From the NCBI GenBank assembly GCA_943788175.1, contig CALSPG010000001.1, positions 256,001-320,000 on the forward strand: 64,000 nt of DNA. Direction: 5' to 3'. Below are positions 22,654-33,681 of the stretch, piece after piece. Source of the DNA: an uncultured bacterium (GTDB lineage: Bacteria > Fidelibacterota > Marinisomatia > Marinisomatales > UBA1611). Positions within the stretch are counted from its first letter, which is position 1; each line of letters starts with the position of its first letter. The position numbers were made by a program, and so were the translations under genes. The notes under the pieces were generated by a model, which did not search any database, was not told the origin of the DNA, and worked only from the letters and a program-made list of their open reading frames with translations.

Positions 22654-23955
22654 TTGTATTTATACCTTCTATGCATGAGTAAAATAAAAAATACTATGCT
22701 AGTTGTGATTTTGACAAGTTTTGTTATTTGTCAAAAGACATATATTCAAGCCGGTAGGCTCATTGATGGTATTACAGAGATTCCAATAGAGATGGTGACA
22801 ATTGTTATTAATGGTAGCATAATACAAGCAATATTAAGAGGACATATACAGCCTGGACCTAAAGATAGCCTAATATCATTAAAAGAATTTACTGTATTAC
22901 CTGGTTTGATGGACATGCATACCCACTTATCAATTCAAAGTAGTCCAAAAAGTTATATGGAAAAATTTTATATGGACCTTGATGAATATGCATATAGGTC
23001 TATACCGTATGCAGAAAAAACACTTATGGCTGGTTTTACAACTGTTAGAGAGCTTGGAGGAGTTATTAGCAATAGCTTGCGTGATGCCATAAGCGCTGGC
23101 TATGTAAATGGTCCAAGGATTTTCAGTGCCGGTAAATCAATTGCCACAACTGGAGGCCATGCGGACCCTTCAAGCGGATTAAATATGAATTTTTCAGCAG
23201 ATTTAGGACCTGAAGATGGTGTTATTAATGGACCCAGTGATGCAAGAAAAGCAGTTCGTCAAAGATATAAAAATGGTTCTGATTTAATAAAAATTTCTGC
23301 TACTGGTGGTGTATTGAGTGTAGCTAAGAATAGTAAAAATCCTCAGTTTACAGAATCAGAAATTAAGGCCATAGTTGAAGCTGCTCAAGATTACGATATG
23401 CATGTTGCTGCTCATGCGCATGGCCCTGAAGGTATGAAGAGGGCTATTAGGGCGGGTGTTCATTCAATAGAACATGGTACTATAATGGACGGCGAAGTTT
23501 TGGCATTAATGAAGAAGCATGGAACATATTATGTGCCGACGATATCTGCGGGTATGTTCGCGGCTGAAAAAGCAAAAATAATTGGTTATTATCCCCCTAT
23601 CATTATTCCTAAGGCATTAGAAATTGGTCCTAGATTATTAAATACTTTTACTACTGCTTATAAATTCGGTATTAAGATCGCATTCGGTACAGATTCAGGC
23701 GTTTCGTATCATGGTAATAATGCAATGGAGTTTTCATATATGGTAAAGGGCGGCATGACTGAAATGGAAGCGATTAGATCAGCAACTATTACTGCATCAG
23801 AAATGCTAGGTATTAGTGATGAATTAGGGTCAGTTGAATCAGGAAAGTTAGCAGATTTAATAGCTGTTGAAGGAAACCCAATTAAAGATATAACAGCACT
23901 TCAAAATGTTGTTTTCGTAATGAAAGAAGGTAAAATATATAAATTACCAAAATAG
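22654..23955 (+). CDS. Metal-dependent amidohydrolase (Xaa-Pro dipeptidase-like); start probably ATG ~22675
   Basis: DMHTH, IKISATGG, AAHAHG, SIEHG, FGTDSG. Confidence 0.9.
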   Translation: MYLYLLCMSKIKNTMLVVILTSFVICQKTYIQAGRLIDGITEIPIEMVTIVINGSIIQAILRGHIQPGPKDSLISLKEFTVLPGLMDMHTHLSIQSSPKSYMEKFYMDLDEYAYRSIPYAEKTLMAGFTTVRELGGVISNSLRDAISAGYVNGPRIFSAGKSIATTGGHADPSSGLNMNFSADLGPEDGVINGPSDARKAVRQRYKNGSDLIKISATGGVLSVAKNSKNPQFTESEIKAIVEAAQDYDMHVAAHAHGPEGMKRAIRAGVHSIEHGTIMDGEVLALMKKHGTYYVPTISAGMFAAEKAKIIGYYPPIIIPKALEIGPRLLNTFTTAYKFGIKIAFGTDSGVSYHGNNAMEFSYMVKGGMTEMEAIRSATITASEMLGISDELGSVESGKLADLIAVEGNPIKDITALQNVVFVMKEGKIYKLPK

Positions 23956-24486
23956 TTAATTCATTTTTCCCCTTCTTAATGCATAATCATGTGATCTTTC
24001 CGTAATTATTTCCATTGCTTCTTCTATTTCAAGTTGATAATGATTCGGTAGTAATTGAACCCACCAGTTTGGAATCATGCTTTGTAAAATCTTTTGTGTG
24101 CTAAGTGGTCCTAACCCATTTCCATAATTATTTTTAAAATAGACATTAAGTTTAGATTTCCAAAATCCTTCTTTCACATCTTGGACAAACACTAACCATT
24201 CAAAATATTTAGCCAAATAACTACCTATGCCAATAATAATCGAAACAAAAATTATTGTCATAGATAATTTTAAATCTTCATAAAATAAAGATAAAAACCA
24301 CAGATTAATAATCATTAAAAATGTCCCTATCAATAAACCATGTTTAGAAAGCCATATAATTTGTGGTAACAGTTCACAAAATCGCTTTTTGCTTTGCATA
24401 GTAAGCCAGGTGGCAAAACTCCAGCTAAGAGTTAGCAATATAACTAAAAAAATTAAATGAGGCTGAACATCTGTATGTATGAACAT
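23956..24486 (-). CDS. Hypothetical membrane protein (3 TM)
   Basis: Three hydrophobic segments and a soluble tail. Confidence 0.6.
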   Translation of the reverse strand: MFIHTDVQPHLIFLVILLTLSWSFATWLTMQSKKRFCELLPQIIWLSKHGLLIGTFLMIINLWFLSLFYEDLKLSMTIIFVSIIIGIGSYLAKYFEWLVFVQDVKEGFWKSKLNVYFKNNYGNGLGPLSTQKILQSMIPNWWVQLLPNHYQLEIEEAMEIITERSHDYALRRGKMN

Positions 24487-24504
24487 AAAATTAAAATAGA
24501 CAAA

Positions 24505-26172
24505 CTAGTTAAAAGCTCTAAAAACTTCTTTTCCATTGTATATTGTATTAAGAACTCTTGTTTTTAATATATCATCGATTTTAATAGATGTTATATCTTT
24601 TGATAATACCACAAAATCGGCTAGCATGTCTTTTTGCAAAACTCCTATGTTTTTTTCACTAAATACTGCATACGAATTATTATTTGTATAACAAGATATT
24701 GCTTCCTCAACTGTTAATTTTTGTTCCGGATTCCAGCCACCTGGATTGCTACCATCAATCGTTTTTCTTGAAACAGCAGCATAGATTCCAAACAATGGGT
24801 TTAATGGTGTTACATCCCAATCAGATCCAAAAGTCAGGTTTACATTTTTATCTATAAATGTTTTAAAAATATAAGTCCTTGACATCAAATCACTATTAAT
24901 TCTTTTATGCATCCATCTAGTATCATCGATACAGCCATAAGGCTGCATTGATGGAATTATGTCATTGTTTATAATTTTTTCAATTGCATCTTTGGTTAAA
25001 TGTTGGGCGTGCTCAATGCGTATTCGTCTATCAATCAAACCATTGACTTTATTCAAATTCATAGATTGCTTTATTATCCAATCATTTGCTTTATCTCCGA
25101 TGGCATGGATTGCTAATTGAATGCCGTTTTTATCTAAATTTGTTATCATTTTCTTAAAGCTATTAGTGTCTTTTATACGCATGATACCATTTGTGTTTTT
25201 ATCATCAAGATAATGGTTGTGCATCCATGCGGTTCGAGATCCAAGAGAACCATCTATCATTGCCTTTATTCCATCCCACCTAAGTATGTTATCCCCTTTT
25301 CCATATTTATCAATCAAGTCAATTAGTTTTTCCCAATCCTCATACCATGTATAGGTTTTTATTCTCAAAGTTAATTTATCTTTATTTCTTCTAAACGTTT
25401 GTAAGTCATCCCAGGTCGCCATATCATGAATTTGAGTAATTCCTTGAGAGGATGCGTAATTCATAGAAGTTTTTAAAATACTGTCTTGTTCAGAGTGTGA
25501 CTGCTTTGGAATGAGTTTTCGAACAATATCAATTGCTGTGTCTTTAAGTATACCAGTTGGAATTCCAGTATTTATATCTTTAACTATTTCACCCCCAACA
25601 GGGTTGGGGGTATTTTCATTTATATTTGCTTCTTCTAATGCTTTTGAGTTAGCAAGTGCCATGTGACCATCTACCCTACTTACAAGAACTGGGTTATTAT
25701 TTGTAAGACTATCTATCCAAGACTTGTTGGGTAGTGCTCCACCCCAGTTTTCATGGTCCCAATTACCACCTTGTAACCATAGACCATTATTAATATTTGG
25801 GATGTATTCTCTGAAAGCATTAATAAATTCATATTGAGTTAGTGAATTTTGGAGACTTATGTTATTTAATTTTGTTCCACCGTAAATAAAGTGAGTATGA
25901 TTATCTATAAAGCCAGGAAGTAAAAAATTATTCTTTAAATCAATAAGTTTAGTATTACTACTTATTAAGTGACTGTAATTATCGATACCTAATTCTAGGA
26001 TGCGATTATTTTTTGTTGCTATATAATTTTGCCTTGTGTCTTCTTTGATACCAGTATAAATATTACCATTAAAATAAATTATGTCTGCTGTTTCGATGCT
26101 AGCGCATTTTAATAAAAAAAATGAGAACGTTAGAATTATCAAATTTTTAATATTAATAATATATTCCCCCAA
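24505..26172 (-). CDS. YtcJ-like amidohydrolase (Amidohydro_3), probable lipoprotein
   Basis: IDNHTHF, DGSLGSRTA, AIHAIGD, RIEHAQ, FGSDW. Confidence 0.9.
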   Translation of the reverse strand: MGEYIINIKNLIILTFSFFLLKCASIETADIIYFNGNIYTGIKEDTRQNYIATKNNRILELGIDNYSHLISSNTKLIDLKNNFLLPGFIDNHTHFIYGGTKLNNISLQNSLTQYEFINAFREYIPNINNGLWLQGGNWDHENWGGALPNKSWIDSLTNNNPVLVSRVDGHMALANSKALEEANINENTPNPVGGEIVKDINTGIPTGILKDTAIDIVRKLIPKQSHSEQDSILKTSMNYASSQGITQIHDMATWDDLQTFRRNKDKLTLRIKTYTWYEDWEKLIDLIDKYGKGDNILRWDGIKAMIDGSLGSRTAWMHNHYLDDKNTNGIMRIKDTNSFKKMITNLDKNGIQLAIHAIGDKANDWIIKQSMNLNKVNGLIDRRIRIEHAQHLTKDAIEKIINNDIIPSMQPYGCIDDTRWMHKRINSDLMSRTYIFKTFIDKNVNLTFGSDWDVTPLNPLFGIYAAVSRKTIDGSNPGGWNPEQKLTVEEAISCYTNNNSYAVFSEKNIGVLQKDMLADFVVLSKDITSIKIDDILKTRVLNTIYNGKEVFRAFN

Positions 26173-27325
26173 CTAATGAAAGTAGCCAGGCTGTAAATAA
26201 ACCTGCATAAATACCTATTATATTACCAATTACACCCATTAATAAACCTACTGGTGCAAGAGACTTTTTATAAACAGTTGCAATAATAGGTGCACTAACG
26301 ACACCACCAATATTTGCTTGACTGCTAGTTGCAATCAAAAACATTGGAGCTTTTAATAACCGTCCACCAAAAAATAAGATTATTGCATGAATAAATATCC
26401 AAAGTATGCCTACAGCAATATAATAAGGAAGGTCTCCAATTTGTGTGATATTGGCTTTTGCTCCAATTGTACCTAAAAGTATGTATAAAAATAAATTTCC
26501 AACATGGGATGCCCCTGCATTATTTAAGTCTGATAGTCTAGTAAAAGATAAAGAAACACCAATTAGTGAAACTAAAATTATTGTCCATCCAAAACTAGTA
26601 ACTACTTTCCCTAAATCAGGGATTAGCTTGCCCAATTCTAAAGAAAGGAGCCCAAAAAATAAACTAACAACTACGATTGTTAATAAATCGTTAAAAGAAG
26701 TAGGTCGTTTTGAATCTTCTGTGCTCATTTTTATATTTAAATCATCGATGATACGAGTATCAGCATCATTCCATTTATCTATACTTTTTTGATGGCCTGA
26801 TATTAAAATTACAATCCCCATCCAACCATACCCAACGACAGTATCAATAACAATCATATTTCCAAAAAGATTATCGCTGGTGCCAATTGATTTACCGATA
26901 GCAACCATGTTTGCACTTCCACCTATCCAACTACCTGATAACGCCGCTAAGCCCATCCAGGCATCCTCTGGTAAAAAGCTTCCAAATACAAGTAGGGATA
27001 TAGGACCACCTAAAACTATACCTAGTGTGCCAAAAAGCATTGTGCCAATAGCCTTAGATCCAAGAGTTGAAAGAATCTTTATATTTGAAGATAATAGCAA
27101 TAATATAAGAGCTGGAGGCAATAAGTATTTTGAAGTCCACGAATAGATAGGAGAAGCAGTTGGTATTATTCCAATACCTGAGCTTAGCATCGGTAAAAAG
27201 TATATCCATATTATTGGAGGAGCGTATTTAAAAACTTTTTCTAAAGCGCTTATCGACTTTAGGTAGTGTATTAAACCTATTAAACTAACGATATAAATAA
27301 ATATTGCATTTGGATCTTTTATCAT
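26153..27325 (-). CDS. DUF819 family membrane protein
   Basis: GSWIGGSANMVA and SQANIGG motifs; multi-TM. Confidence 0.85.
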   Translation of the reverse strand: MIKDPNAIFIYIVSLIGLIHYLKSISALEKVFKYAPPIIWIYFLPMLSSGIGIIPTASPIYSWTSKYLLPPALILLLLSSNIKILSTLGSKAIGTMLFGTLGIVLGGPISLLVFGSFLPEDAWMGLAALSGSWIGGSANMVAIGKSIGTSDNLFGNMIVIDTVVGYGWMGIVILISGHQKSIDKWNDADTRIIDDLNIKMSTEDSKRPTSFNDLLTIVVVSLFFGLLSLELGKLIPDLGKVVTSFGWTIILVSLIGVSLSFTRLSDLNNAGASHVGNLFLYILLGTIGAKANITQIGDLPYYIAVGILWIFIHAIILFFGGRLLKAPMFLIATSSQANIGGVVSAPIIATVYKKSLAPVGLLMGVIGNIIGIYAGLFTAWLLSLVGGIYY

Positions 27326-27394
27326 TTTAGGAAAAAAATAAATAGTTCATTAAATAATTACGATAATTTGACAGAAAAAACAGTACTTTTAAGA

Positions 27395-29125
27395 TTAATT
27401 AAGAAAACAAGAATTAAAAAAATCAATCATTTTAGGTTTTGTATATGGAAGTGATTTAATGAAAGATTCAACATCGGATCCTGAAACCACCTCAGCTTCT
27501 TTCAGACACTCTATTGCTTTATCAGACTTACCAAGTTTAAAATAACATGCGGACAAATAAAATAAATTCTGTTGCATTAATTTTACTTTTCTAAAGCTTT
27601 CTATAGCTTTCTCATAATTTTCAAGCCAAAAATAACACATTCCTTCCTCCACATATAAAATATCATGAGAAAATGGGTCTAACCTTGTAGCCCTATTAAG
27701 CTCCTTTAGTGCGCTTTCTATATCACCGGTGTATATTAAAACTAATGCATACCTAGAAATAATATAAACATCACTTGGGCATAAATCTTTTGCTTTTTCG
27801 AGATGATAAATGCCTAATTCAATATCTTTTTCAAAAAAGAATTTTATAGATCCCATAACACGATGAGCTTCAGGGTCATTAGAATCTAGTTCTAGTGCTT
27901 TATACGCTGATGCGATTGCAGATTTAAATAATGCTGAATCTGGTTTAGTTTCCCAATCAGATAAATTTCCCAATGAGCATGCTCTCCATGCATGAGCGCG
28001 AGCGTAGTTAGGATCAAGGTCTATAGCTTTCTCAAAAAACTTTACAGCATTTTCAGTATTTTTTTTTATTACATTCCCTTTTCTAGCATAGTCTAATCCT
28101 TTTAATACTAACTCATAAGCTCCCATATTTTCAGGCCTTTTTGATTTAATATTCTCTAGCGCATCTGATTCTACTCTACCAACAATAGTGGAGACAATCT
28201 GCTCTGCTATTTGATCTTGAACGTCAAATACTTCATCAATAGACAAATCATAATTGTTCGTCCAAAGCGATTTTTTATTTTCAGTTGAAACAAGTTGCGC
28301 ATTTATTCTCATTTTTTTTCCTAACCTTCTTACGCTCCCATTAATGACGTACTTAACACCGAGTTCCTTTCCAATTTCTGAAAAATCTTTACTTTTATTC
28401 CTATAGGCAAAACTAGCATGACTTGAAATAACTACAAGCTTATTAAATCTTGAAAGCATGGAAAGAAGATCTTCACAAAATCCCTCGCAAAAATATTCTT
28501 GTTCCTCGTCATTACTTAAATTTTTAAACATCATTACGGCAACAGACCCTGGTTCAACTTCTTTTACTTCTTTTTGTATCTTATCAGAATCTTGAGTAAA
28601 CCTAGGTGTTCCTTTATTTTCCAAAACATGAAAAGCCTTAATTGGGAATTCGATATTTTTTAAATCTAATTGACCAGCATCTTCAAACGAGACCATAATT
28701 TTACGATTAATCATATCAAAAACTGTTTGAGATACACAAATACCTGATGGCTTGGCTGCAGCTTCGAGTCTGGCAGCTATGTTGACGGCATCACCGAATA
28801 AGTTGTTTTCTGTTATCATTACATCGCCTATATTAATTCCGACTCTAAAAATCATAGTTTCAGAATCCTCCAACCCATGATTCATCGTTTTCATTTTTAG
28901 TTGAGTATCTACTGCTGCCTGAGCAGCTTTTATTGGACTAGCGAATTCAGCAATTACACTATCGCCTGCACTGCCAAAGATGATTCCGTCATGATCATCA
29001 ATAATCTTATCAATCACCTTTCTCCTTTCTTTAAGGATCTTTAATGTATTGACTTCATCTGTACCCATCATTTTACTAAAGCCTACTACGTCTGAAGCAA
29101 AAATTGTAGCTAATTTTCTATCCAT
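27395..29125 (-). CDS. Class III adenylate/guanylate cyclase with TolB-N-like and TPR domains
   Basis: RKLATIFASDVVGFS, GDAVNIAARLE, SVAVMMFKNLS, TPR repeats. Confidence 0.9.
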   Translation of the reverse strand: MDRKLATIFASDVVGFSKMMGTDEVNTLKILKERRKVIDKIIDDHDGIIFGSAGDSVIAEFASPIKAAQAAVDTQLKMKTMNHGLEDSETMIFRVGINIGDVMITENNLFGDAVNIAARLEAAAKPSGICVSQTVFDMINRKIMVSFEDAGQLDLKNIEFPIKAFHVLENKGTPRFTQDSDKIQKEVKEVEPGSVAVMMFKNLSNDEEQEYFCEGFCEDLLSMLSRFNKLVVISSHASFAYRNKSKDFSEIGKELGVKYVINGSVRRLGKKMRINAQLVSTENKKSLWTNNYDLSIDEVFDVQDQIAEQIVSTIVGRVESDALENIKSKRPENMGAYELVLKGLDYARKGNVIKKNTENAVKFFEKAIDLDPNYARAHAWRACSLGNLSDWETKPDSALFKSAIASAYKALELDSNDPEAHRVMGSIKFFFEKDIELGIYHLEKAKDLCPSDVYIISRYALVLIYTGDIESALKELNRATRLDPFSHDILYVEEGMCYFWLENYEKAIESFRKVKLMQQNLFYLSACYFKLGKSDKAIECLKEAEVVSGSDVESFIKSLPYTKPKMIDFFNSCFLN

Positions 29126-29164
29126 GTAATACCATTCCTATACATTGATTATTTGTCAAAAGTT

Positions 29165-29476
29165 TTAATGCGTGTTTTTATTATTTTTATTATGCCAGTG
29201 CCCATGCTCAACAGACCATATTTTACCATTAGGGGCATCACCTTTAGGTCTTTTTAAATTTCCTGTCTTTTCCGAAAAAGGTTTTGGTGATAAACCAGAT
29301 GAAGCATTAGAAGAATTAAATTTTGTACTACCAAAGAAAAAAATCGTAACTATACCTAACGAAATAACAGCAAGGTATACCAATTGAGCAGATTGGCTAT
29401 TTTTTTTCAATTGGTGACACTGTTTATACTTTTTCCCACTTCCACAGTTACATACTTCGTTACGACCAATTTTCAT
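29165..29476 (-). CDS. SEC-C motif membrane protein with C-terminal His motif
   Basis: IGRNEVCNCGSGKKYKQCH, one TM helix, GKIWSVEHGHWH. Confidence 0.8.
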   Translation of the reverse strand: MKIGRNEVCNCGSGKKYKQCHQLKKNSQSAQLVYLAVISLGIVTIFFFGSTKFNSSNASSGLSPKPFSEKTGNLKRPKGDAPNGKIWSVEHGHWHNKNNKNTH

Positions 29477-29692
29477 AATATCATATTCCTTTCAAAGTTT
29501 AATCCTAAACTGATTTACTAACAATATTAAAAGACAATAGCTCATTGAAATAATAATTAGCGACATAATAAGTCTCAAATATTGCATGATTTATTTAATG
29601 AAATTTTGATTTAGTTCTCATATCATTCATAGTAGCATAAAACTTTATTATAATCCATTAATACTAGCCTCATGTAGCATCTATAATCATAT

Positions 29693-31837
29693 TTATTTTA
29701 TTAAATTATTTGACGTTACACTGTAACTAGAATGAAGATTCTTTTTAATATCATTAATATTACTCCAAACTGGTTTCATTTTTTTCTCTGAAAATAATTT
29801 TGATTGATTATTAAAAAATTTTGAATTTTTATCATTTGTACTAGATCCGAATTGATGAATAGACTTTGCGCTTACTTTCCCTTCCGGGCTCCATTCAACT
29901 ATTTGAACATAACAGTCACCAACTTTTGCAACCATCCTGCCATCTTCCCAAGTTGAATATATAGCTCTCATATTTCCAGGACCACCATCGAGCGGATAGC
30001 TAACATCACCTCTTATTAGACGCTGTACTTGTCCAAGGGGAACATCAAACCTTCCAAAACTACTTTTTAATTTAGAAATAGATTCTTTTAAATTTTTAGT
30101 AATTTGAGTAAGATCATGCTCGTAGTTAGAAATATCAAACTCAAGGGGGAATGTAAGAATCGCTAATGCAGCAGCTCTATTATCAAAGTCTGTTCTTAAA
30201 TTCCAATTTTTTAGCAAGTCCACAGCTGCTAATAATTCTAAATCTTCAGTTTTAAAGTCTTCAATAAAACTATCAATAGCAAATGCCATTACTGAATTTT
30301 TTGCATACTGATTATCAAATTTATAATTATAAAATTCACTTCTACTAATTTTACGATCTCCTCCGTAAAGTTTTATAGCTCTAAGCGATCTATTTGTTTG
30401 ATGAGTCTCAATACCGGCATCCTTTGTGATACCCTTTGAGGTTATCTCTTCAAGAAAACCCGTAGCTAAAAATGGGTTGGCATTACAATTTTGGAAATAC
30501 CCAGAAGGTGGATTTGTAGTTTGAGGAAGATTTTGAAATTTTATATATTCATTCCAGTTGGTTTTAGATGTGTTACCCTTAACAATTTGATTCCAATTAT
30601 AGCCCTTACTCCTTTTTGGTATTAGTGCATTATATACATAAAAGATATTTCCTTCTTTATCAGCATACCCAGTGTTGTACATTGGTAGCGCCTGCATTTC
30701 CATAGCACTTTTAAATTCTTTCATGTTCTTTGATTTATTCATTCTATAAAACTGCTCTACAGTCCTCATTTCATTTATTCCTGCATATTTTATTGCGTAC
30801 GTACCATGTGATTGTTTCAATACAGGTCCATGAATAGATTTATATACTTTCTTTTTAACTGTCCACTTAAAAGGCCCGAGAATCTTTATTTTTAATTTTA
30901 TTTCTCTAGAATCTAAATTTTTCCATTCTCCATCATAAAAATATTGATTTTCATTTAATGGATTTATTTCCAATTCGTAAATATCAATTAAATCAGGGTT
31001 ATTGGAGGTAAAAGACCAACCAATATTTTCATTATGACCATGATTTACCAAAGGCGAACCTGGAAATAGTCCACCAGTCATATTTAGACCATCTTCGCTA
31101 TGTATTTGCGCTTCATACCATGCTGTCGGACCGCTCCATGGTTGATGTGTATTTAATAAAAGTCTAGTATATCCATCCTCGGATTTAATAGGTGCAACTG
31201 CGATAACATTACTACCAATTAAATCAATATTCAGAGGATCAAAATCATCATTTTTAGAATTAATATTTGAAGAAAAGCTTGGTTTACTACTTTTAAATAA
31301 TTTACCTAAAACTTTTTCTATACCGTATAAATAAGGAATTTGATACATCCATCCAGCAATGATGTCCTTCCCCGTTAGCGGAAATAATTCTTTTTCTACC
31401 TCTTGTTGATGTTCAAATGCATATTTATTAATGCCCTGAGCATATGCTTCACAAATAAGCTTAATATGTTCAGGAATTTCATCATCATAACGGTTATTTA
31501 TATCCTCCCAAACGCCAATAAGTTCAACATAATAGTCAACAGGTGAAAATTTAACTCCATACTTGGCGCCAAGCATACCTCTAGCACCCAATAGAAGATC
31601 TTGAATAGTTTTAAAATCATCCTCTGCATGTGCGAATGCAAGTCCGAAGACAGCATCCGCATCTGTTTTTCCAAAAATATGAGGTACGCCCATAATATCT
31701 CTATATATATCTGCTGAAAAAGTTCTAGTTGAGTTATCTACTTTACTTGTCATAAAAGGAGCCATAGAGCTACATGAATAAACACTAAACAGAATAAAAA
31801 CCAATATTATATGAATTCGATTTATTATTTGTATCAA
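29693..31837 (-). CDS. Penicillin/AHL acylase family Ntn hydrolase (lipoprotein)
   Basis: IYRDIMGVPHIFG, AHAEDD, GSNVIAV (N-terminal nucleophile Ser), NTHQPW. Confidence 0.92.
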   Translation of the reverse strand: MIQIINRIHIILVFILFSVYSCSSMAPFMTSKVDNSTRTFSADIYRDIMGVPHIFGKTDADAVFGLAFAHAEDDFKTIQDLLLGARGMLGAKYGVKFSPVDYYVELIGVWEDINNRYDDEIPEHIKLICEAYAQGINKYAFEHQQEVEKELFPLTGKDIIAGWMYQIPYLYGIEKVLGKLFKSSKPSFSSNINSKNDDFDPLNIDLIGSNVIAVAPIKSEDGYTRLLLNTHQPWSGPTAWYEAQIHSEDGLNMTGGLFPGSPLVNHGHNENIGWSFTSNNPDLIDIYELEINPLNENQYFYDGEWKNLDSREIKLKIKILGPFKWTVKKKVYKSIHGPVLKQSHGTYAIKYAGINEMRTVEQFYRMNKSKNMKEFKSAMEMQALPMYNTGYADKEGNIFYVYNALIPKRSKGYNWNQIVKGNTSKTNWNEYIKFQNLPQTTNPPSGYFQNCNANPFLATGFLEEITSKGITKDAGIETHQTNRSLRAIKLYGGDRKISRSEFYNYKFDNQYAKNSVMAFAIDSFIEDFKTEDLELLAAVDLLKNWNLRTDFDNRAAALAILTFPLEFDISNYEHDLTQITKNLKESISKLKSSFGRFDVPLGQVQRLIRGDVSYPLDGGPGNMRAIYSTWEDGRMVAKVGDCYVQIVEWSPEGKVSAKSIHQFGSSTNDKNSKFFNNQSKLFSEKKMKPVWSNINDIKKNLHSSYSVTSNNLIK

Positions 31838-31850
31838 AGCGTAAACACTC

Positions 31851-32792
31851 CTAACTATTTAAATTTGATTTCATTCTATTTTTTAAAAACAAGACTATGC
31901 TATTTACTTGATTTTTATTTGATGCGGTAAAAGTTGTTAAATATTTATTATTTATATTAATTCTATAACCTAAAATGCTATTACCTCTTAGATTTACGTT
32001 GTAAATAGAATCGTATGGAATAATTACTAGTTTTTTATTTAAGGTTTTTAATACCCTTATATCTTTTTCAGTAAAAAGAGTGCCAGTTTTCTTTAACCAC
32101 CTGTTAAAATAAAATAAAATTACGTCAGAGAGTTCTAATTGATAGTTTTTACTTAAACTATCCATAAACCAAAATGGATTGAAAAAATACCTGTCATTGT
32201 GCTCAAGATTATCTTTTAGCAAGCGGGTATCACGCTCAAGCTTAATTTGATGCCTATAAAATAGACTTAAACTATCTTTATCTGGGAATTTTTGACCATT
32301 AAATGGACTAATCAATAAATTAGAAATTGAATTAAAAAATTTAATATTATCATAAACAATTAGATTTATATCTGATATGTCAAAGATATATCGGATTTCA
32401 TTATTATTTTTTGGTCTTAAACCAATTACCAAAGTATCCTCGGTTAATATTTCCATTAAAAGTAATTCGGGATTAGGACAATATGAACTTTTACCATCTT
32501 TTGACATAGGCCAATTGCCCTCATAGAAACCGTACTTATTTAAGTTGTAATAAATATTTGCATTAGAAGTATTAGCAAATTCACCCCAATTGATAATAAG
32601 ACTAAGGTCATTACCATTTATATAAATTGTTATTTCACCTCTGACTCGAGATGAGAAGACTCTCTCTTCGTTAGAACTATTTTTTTTTAATGTTAATATC
32701 TTATCATCAATGACATTCTTTTTCCAACTAAAGTTCATAGAAAACAAAAATTCTACAAATACAAGAAGTGCTATAAAAAAAATATTATTCAA
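31851..32792 (-). CDS. Hypothetical exported protein
   Basis: Long ORF with signal-like N-terminus. Confidence 0.6.
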   Translation of the reverse strand: MNNIFFIALLVFVEFLFSMNFSWKKNVIDDKILTLKKNSSNEERVFSSRVRGEITIYINGNDLSLIINWGEFANTSNANIYYNLNKYGFYEGNWPMSKDGKSSYCPNPELLLMEILTEDTLVIGLRPKNNNEIRYIFDISDINLIVYDNIKFFNSISNLLISPFNGQKFPDKDSLSLFYRHQIKLERDTRLLKDNLEHNDRYFFNPFWFMDSLSKNYQLELSDVILFYFNRWLKKTGTLFTEKDIRVLKTLNKKLVIIPYDSIYNVNLRGNSILGYRININNKYLTTFTASNKNQVNSIVLFLKNRMKSNLNS

Positions 32793-32800
32793 GATATGAT

Positions 32801-32828
32801 AAAAAAAATCCCCGCATAGCAGGGATTT
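32801..32828 (-). terminator. Intrinsic terminator
   Basis: Minus strand AAATCCCTGC-tat-GCGGGGATTTTTTTT. Confidence 0.7.
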
Positions 32829-32848
32829 GATTAGAAAAAATTAAATAT

Positions 32849-33580
32849 CTATTGCAACGACAAATAGAAGCTAACGCAAGAAGAATCGGTATTAAACCAA
32901 GAGCCTTCAAGATTCACATTCCCACTTACATTATCGATAGAATACGTAAATGTTCTTTCGATAGTTGATTTGAAGCTACCATATTCTAGGTTATTGCAAG
33001 CATCAACATCAGTAATGTACGAAGGATTATCAAAAGAGTTGACGCATACAGAATCCATTTTTACAGTAACGGTTGAGTTAGCCTCATTAGAAGTCCAAGT
33101 GCCAGTTATAGCCGCACTTTGGCTGCATTCAGTTGTCTCAATATTATACTGATTATGTTCGTAATAGTTATTGCAGAACTCTATTGGTGTATAATCATAA
33201 TATTCGTAATAAGAGTCACTACAACCTTCGCTATTACTCCATGTGCCATAATAGTCCTCACACTCATATTTTAGGTTTACGCTTTGATCAAAAAACAATT
33301 GCAAGCTCCCATCTGATAATAACCAAAGATTATAGTTATCTATGTATGAATCAGTAAGGACATTTGAAGTGCTATCTTCTGTTTTTACGCAACTAGAAAA
33401 AGAACTAATAGAATCAGCGTACCAATCACCAATAATTGGGTTTTCAGTCTGAGAATCTCCATCAGCATCCCAGAGATCATCAATTTGCTCTTCGCAGCTA
33501 GAAAAGAATACCGCCATGAACACCGCCATAGACGATAATAATAAAGAGCGAATTTTAAATAATTTGGATATTATTTCCAT
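32849..33580 (-). CDS. Acidic Cys-rich lipoprotein, possibly lipocalin-like
   Basis: Lipobox FSSC, IIGDW motif, RBS AGGAG. Confidence 0.7.
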   Translation of the reverse strand: MEIISKLFKIRSLLLSSMAVFMAVFFSSCEEQIDDLWDADGDSQTENPIIGDWYADSISSFSSCVKTEDSTSNVLTDSYIDNYNLWLLSDGSLQLFFDQSVNLKYECEDYYGTWSNSEGCSDSYYEYYDYTPIEFCNNYYEHNQYNIETTECSQSAAITGTWTSNEANSTVTVKMDSVCVNSFDNPSYITDVDACNNLEYGSFKSTIERTFTYSIDNVSGNVNLEGSWFNTDSSCVSFYLSLQ

Positions 33581-33681
33581 AATATTCTCCTAAAAAGTAA
33601 ATATTTATAATAATTATTCAGATTGTACTATAAATATACCTAAAAAAAATTAATATTAGATATATAAACAAAAAATTAATA

